In this document: positions 58,968 to 64,000 of the stretch, piece by piece
Position numbering within the stretch: the stretch's first letter is position 1
Layout: the number at the start of each line of letters is the position of its first letter
Assembly (NCBI RefSeq): GCF_001194135.2
Contig: NC_069002.1
Location: 2,553,140 to 2,617,139 of the forward strand
Direction of reading: 5' to 3'
DNA: 64,000 nucleotides
Source: Octopus bimaculoides
Lineage: Eukaryota
Made by a program: the position numbers and the translations under genes
The notes under the pieces: model-generated
Databases searched by the model: none
Seen by the model: the letters and a program-made list of their open reading frames with translations, nothing else
Told to the model about the DNA's origin: nothing

Positions 58968-59400
58968 TACGAGGGTAAGTCAAAACTTATTTCCACTCTT
59001 CGTTTAAGACGAAAGTAGTGTTGGAACTATTGTATCATTTTTCGACATAGTCTCCTTGGTTTCTGGTGCACTTTTTCCAACAGTTCACAATCACGCTTAT
59101 CCCATTGTCCAATTATGTTGTTCCAGCTGCCATTTACGCACCTCTTCCTACGTTTCTTTATCCGTAAGAAAATTGACGAACTTGTCAATGATTTTTGAGT
59201 AATGCAAAGCTATGATCCTTCAAAGGGATACAGGTCTGCACACTATGCAGGATTTTCCAGCGACACCAAACCTGAACTGTCGATTGTTTCAACGGTATCT
59301 GTAGCCTAAATGTGGACGTGAATTACTATCGTGCAACAATGATACATTCCTTGACAATAGACCCTAGGCTCACATTCAGAGGAGAGAAAGCAGATCAGTG
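58968..59400 (-). mobile_element. Mariner (Tc1/mariner superfamily) DNA transposon, 3' end with TIR, decayed transposase
   Basis: The minus strand gives LLSRNVSLLHDSNSRPH (cf. LLHDNARPH), LENPA*CADLYP (cf. HPPYSPDLAP), KNH*QVRQFSTDKE...VRKW and NGISVIVNCWKKCTRNQGDYVEK* (cf. GIxKLxxRWxKCxxxxGDYVEK*), with the stop at 59035-59037. A TA plus TIR-like CGAGGGTAAGTCAAAA starts at 58968. Frameshifts and stops are present, and no 5' half was recognised. Confidence 0.85.
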
Positions 59401-59650
59401 TTCTCGGTTTTTTCATGATGCACTCTACCTGCGAACGTGTTTAGTCTCTAACACAATATAGAAAACAGGAGTGATCAAGGTTAAACTTCGGTTATGTAAC
59501 CAAAGGAGAAAATACCTTTTAGTATGTCAGCACTGACATAAGTGCGTCTTAGTTTATATATATATACGTGTGTGTGTTTGTGTATGTGTCAGTAGCAATA
59601 TATTTTTGCATAATTATATACGAACACACAGACATGTAATTGTATACATT

Positions 59651-59694
<44 letters not shown>

Positions 59695-60063
59695 TATATT
59701 TGTACGTATACTCATAGCTACATACACAAATGCACATGAACGCATATATTTACTTTATTCAAATGGAGGATTAATAAGTTTACTATTCTTTTAAAATATC
59801 TACCTCGTCAATAGAAACAGTTTTAAAGACTCTTAGTTGCAACTTGTTAATTATCTTAAATGAAATCCGGTGTTAAAAGATAAGCGTTAAAATGCTTTTG
59901 TTATATTTTAGACGCCAGTTCTTTTGAATGCAATTATAAATAAGATCTTGAAGATCTTGTCAATTCTGATTGAAATAATTAGTTTTTGAAGTAGCATGTG
60001 TATTACCATATAGATGTATTCATACGTAAAGTATGTATATGTATATAAATAAATGTATGTGTG

Positions 60064-60174
<111 letters not shown>

Positions 60175-60690
60175 TCGTACATATATATATACACATATCG
60201 TTATGGACTGTTATGTACTTATATGCATATTCGTATATATGAATATATATTCATTTGTATGTGTGTAAGTGTTTTGGGGTTGTGCGTTTGAATTTAGCTT
60301 CTCTTTTATTGCATTCATTTATAAATGGCATAATGCCTTACATTTTTCTGTTTCGTTGTTATTTTTCAATATTAATTTTCTTTTTATTTCGTTCATGTTA
60401 ATGGCGTGGAGATCAAAAGCTGTTATTTGAAAGAAAGACAAAAAAACTTTTAACTGCTGAAAAATGCAAAGAACTCTGTTTCGCCGTCATCAATGAGCTC
60501 AGTCTGATGGAGTTCTGTCTTGTACTTCGTATAATGTCCTTAAATTTATGTGTATCTAGTAACTGCACTTATATTGGTGCATCTAAAGATTGCATTTATA
60601 TTGTGAAATTATGGATTAAAGATTGCTGGAACCTATGTAACATGTAATAAAAAATATTAAATACGGGCCCTTGATATTTTGTTTTATTTT

Positions 60691-60830
60691 TGATTGGCTC
60701 TTTGTTTTACTTTATAGCCCTTCCCACAGCGCAAAGCACTCCGTGTGAATACGCAACATTGAGGGTTTAATATGATTAACATAAATCGCACAAACCTGAC
60801 CAGCAACATTGCCGCACCCCGACCGTGAGT
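60691..60830 (+). promoter_or_regulatory. Candidate promoter and non-coding first exon upstream of the tubulin-derived locus
   Basis: Reverse CCAAT (ATTGG, 60693-60697), TTTATAG (60711-60717), a CpG-containing stretch and a donor-like GTGAGT (60825-60830) that could pair with the acceptor ttcgttcttag ending 61592. These short motifs also arise by chance. Confidence 0.2.
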
Positions 60831-61665
60831 GTGTGTGTGAGTATACAGAAATATTAATGGTAATGTTCTTATATCCTTACGATTCCAATATTGTAGTACG
60901 GTTGATATTGTATAATAATACAAAATTGAAACAGCGGTATTAACAAACGCGCAACGAACCCACAATCAATAATTTCCAACACACTAACTCGAACTGTAAA
61001 CACTTCCTGCACTTGGAAGCCCAAACTAACGGCCGACTAACTATTTATATCGCTACTATTTATATGTAGTGGTCCTGCGTATTCTCATGAGGGCGTGTTG
61101 TACTCTCGCCACAAACAATAATGATTAAAATGTATTGTATTTTTTCTGTACATTATTACTTTTCATGAGGGCTGCGTACATATGGAATTTGTGTAGGTAT
61201 CAGGAGATGGCAAAATCGGGTTGGGGCGGAGGAGAAGCAATTTCTCCTCTTGTAGGAACCATAGATTTAGTTATGCCATGCACTCTCCTGTATAACGCTT
61301 TCCATTGCATACTGATACAATCATTAGACACTAGAATAGTCGCGAATTATTCAATTACATTTTATTTGAATTTAAATGTTGACGTAGTCGAAACTTGAAC
61401 CCAGCACTCAAAGAACCGTAATATACACAGACATTATAATGAGTGAGCTAATCCACTCACTGGTGATAATAATCGGTATTGCTACAGAACACATTATTGG
61501 AAAACATCCCAGTATTCTTGTATATAATTTTTGCCTTGTTGAGTAAAACAAATGACTGCAACGCCCTCTATAATTTTAACTTTCGTTCTTAGATATTATG
61601 CTATTTCTACTTTTATTTTAAATATGTTTCTCCTTGTGGTCGTCAGTCATACATCAATGGCTGTT

Positions 61666-62171
61666 CTGAATGAAATCATTCTTGCACAATCTGGCCAGCG
61701 TTGTAATCAGAGTGGATCTATATTATACAAAGTAATTTCTGATGGTCAATGTATCGATTCTTATGGATTTTACGATGGTGGTAATGATTTCCAAGAAGAG
61801 AAACTCAATATCTTGTATATGGTAGGTAGTGGCAGTAAGTCCGTACCGAACGCCATCCTTTTTGACTTGAAATCCGATACAATGGTTTGTATGTGTTCAG
61901 GTCTGTTCGGTAAATATTTCCATCCAGCAATTTCGTTTTTGATTAAAGTGGGCCGTCTAACAATTGGGTGAAATGTTATTCCGCAGATGATCCTGAAATT
62001 GTCGATACTGTTATGGATGCTTTGTGCAGACAATCTGAATATCATGACTGTGGTTTAGACTCCGAATTGATTTTCTATATTAGGGGTATGAGTCCCTATT
62101 CAATGACCGAAATCCGAGAACACTATCCAAATAAGATGATGTATGTGATCTTCCGTGTTCTTTGGGCTAAG
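61666..62171 (+). pseudogene. TUBB: Highly diverged beta-tubulin-derived sequence, N-terminal GTPase domain (probable pseudogene)
   Basis: ORF 61552-61971 from codon 39 (LNEIILAQSGQRCNQSGSILYKVISDGQCIDSYGFYDGGNDFQEEKLNILY...KSVPNAILFDLKSDTM...SGLFGKYFHP) aligns without gaps to beta-tubulin residues 1-87 (MREIVHIQAGQCGNQIG...VISDEHGID...VPRAILVDLEPGTM...SGPFGQIFRP), about 39/87 identical by hand. A 1-nt frameshift near 61927 follows, then NFVFD*SGPSNNWVK (cf. NFVFGQSGAGNNWAK) and EIVDTVMDALCRQSEYHDC...IREHYPNKMM (cf. ELVDSVLDVVRKEAESCDC...IREEYPDRIM). VISD, AILxDL, NFVF, NNW and IRExYP favour beta over alpha. Confidence 0.92.
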
Positions 62172-62435
62172 GTAATTAACTTCTCTCCATCTTTCTTTCA
62201 CCTATTTCCTTTCATTTCTTACAATCTGAATGTATTCTAATTATGCAGCGCCATTGCAAATCAGCAAATCGTTTAAACATTATGTGTATATACTTCAGGC
62301 CAGCGGTTTCGATTTTGTTTCGGATATGATGCGAGTACACAGCATTGACAAGCCACACCTACGATGAAATACAATATGTGCTGCTCTCATAACCCCTTTC
62401 AGTGGGGATTTCTTTTCGCTAACCCCTGAAGTATG

Positions 62436-62485
<50 letters not shown>

Positions 62486-62862
62486 TTTGTTGTAATACTA
62501 TACGTTTTTAAAGGGATTTTATGGTGAAAAAAAACGTAACTTGTGGCGTTTCAACTACACGCGTACGTTTAAGTGTATCTTATGAATAATCGTACAAAAA
62601 ACTTTACACTCTATGCGAACTACCACCACACTTTCTGCGCGATTTCATTTCGAAATTTTCCAAGAGTAATTTTTTGCCCAAGAGAAATTTAGCATCTAAT
62701 TGTGGTAGACAGATACATATATTTAGAACATATTTCGATATACTGACCCCAATAGGCGACTGGGAATTTATCAGCTGTCGCATATTTAAAACGGGAACTT
62801 CAATAGCTACCTCAACGTATTCCGTCTGGCGCCCCTCACACGATGTACATCTGTCTTATTAA
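62172..62862 (+). pseudogene. TUBB: Decayed middle and C-terminal part of the beta-tubulin copy, interrupted by a (GT)n microsatellite
   Basis: Colinear fragments in changing frames: ANQQIV (cf. VHQLV); MCIYFRPAVSILFRI (cf. YCIDNEALYDICFRT, same spacing); LTSHTYDEIQYV (cf. LTTPTYGDLNHLV); RFHF near 62640 (cf. RLHF); ORF 62674-62862 with IFR and TSTYSVWRPSHDV (cf. NSSYFVEWIPNNV). Several stop codons, including TGA at 62327. Confidence 0.6.
62438..62484. repeat. (GT)n microsatellite inside the tubulin-derived sequence
   Basis: Seen directly. Confidence 0.97.
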
Positions 62863-63293
62863 AGTCAAATATAACACGAATTACCTAACGTTAGAAGTAA
62901 GTATATTTTAACATATGATTTAAATATGTTACTCTATTATATTTACACATATTTTCTATCCGACGTTGATACCTCTGCTCGTTAACGTGATCATACCTAG
63001 AATTAGCTTGTTAGTTTTCTGTGTTTTCTTTTTATATGTGATCTGTGTGTAATTAAGCTTTTCTTTTCTGTTACATGTACATGTTTAAAAGCTTTTCTAC
63101 TTCAAAGATTATCTTATAACAAATTTCCAAATTTATAAATGACTGTTGGATATAATTTACAAGTTAAACTGGTATTTATTTGGATATATTTCCATTTGGA
63201 CGTCAGTTCTTTTATAAATAGCGAATATTCACTTCATTAATGTCAATCGTTTCATGTAAAATAACAGGTTTAATATTTTTGTTTTCCGTGCAG

Positions 63294-63545
63294 GTACTTA
63301 ACGTATTAACAGATATGATGCAGTACTATCAATTCACAATTGGTCAGAAACACAGAAGAATATTTCTGATTCCATTCTTAATCTCTCTGTTACATCTGCA
63401 ACCTTATATTGACACTTAACCACCTCCATCAATAACTACTTCTGTCATTTAATTTAGCTCTAAATATCTTCCTCTATACTCTATGTCTGATTTTCAGAAT
63501 CTACTCAAAAGATCATGTAATATGGCCTTTTATAACGGGGTTATA
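63294..63545 (+). other. Possible last remnant or exon of the tubulin-derived locus
   Basis: A strong acceptor (ttttgttttccgtgcag, ending 63293) is followed by VLNVLTDMMQYYQFTIGQKHRRIFL (cf. EQFTAMFRRKAFL). FQNLLKRS near 63490 resembles IQELFKRI. The two matches are in the wrong order, so at least one is chance. Confidence 0.25.
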
Positions 63546-64000
63546 TATTTTTTTTTTTTTATGTTCCTATTTTTCATTTTGTTCACGTTTTCTGACACTG
63601 TACCCATATATGCATGTATATATACATATATTTGTATGTATGTACATATATGTATTTATATTTTATGTATATATATATATATATATGTATGTATATATGT
63701 ATGTATATAATATGTACAGTCACTCATGTATATTATATACGTACATACTTTTGTTAAGTCCTTATATTATGTTTGTTTACGTAGATGTACGCACGATCAT
63801 AGAAACATATTCAAACAGAATCGTAGCTCTCTTATCGATATATTATTCAAAAAGACTTTTGTAAAGTTCTCTTGTTTATAATCCAATAGACTTTATATCT
63901 CCAGACAGTTTTACTTTGGTTATATTATAAGAGACATCCCACCTGTGACAGCACAGCAGTGAGAAATAAAACAGCAAGAGCCGTCGTCATCTGGCAATTC

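Noticed and set aside
61552-63345. Initial reading of the 61.5-63.3 kb segments as exons of an ionotropic glutamate receptor N-terminal domain
   Set aside because: The ungapped match to beta-tubulin explains the sequence far better. The receptor resemblance rested on a few generic residues.

Overview
This is AT-rich eukaryotic scaffold DNA, dense in microsatellites, with 19 N-gaps totalling about 4.4 kb, nearly all flanked by (TA)n, (CA)n or (GA)n. The SINE sequences and repeat landscape resemble an Octopus genome; this is inferred from recalled repeat sequences, not from a database search. I find no intact protein-coding gene, rRNA, tRNA or CRISPR array, and most track ORFs are translated microsatellites or gaps. 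The main feature is a highly diverged beta-tubulin-derived locus on the + strand. Its core spans 61666-62171 and weaker homology runs to about 62860. It has a frameshift, stop codons and a deleted GGGTGSG motif, yet keeps two long open segments. Two 77-nt GT-AG segments could be spliced out to restore a 172-aa frame, which is only a hypothesis. The rest is a transposon graveyard: a mariner 3' end with its TIR, a decayed Ty3/Gypsy pol, several LINE fragments, a probable hAT MITE and many tRNA-derived SINE copies. All alignments were done by eye against remembered consensus proteins and need computational confirmation.
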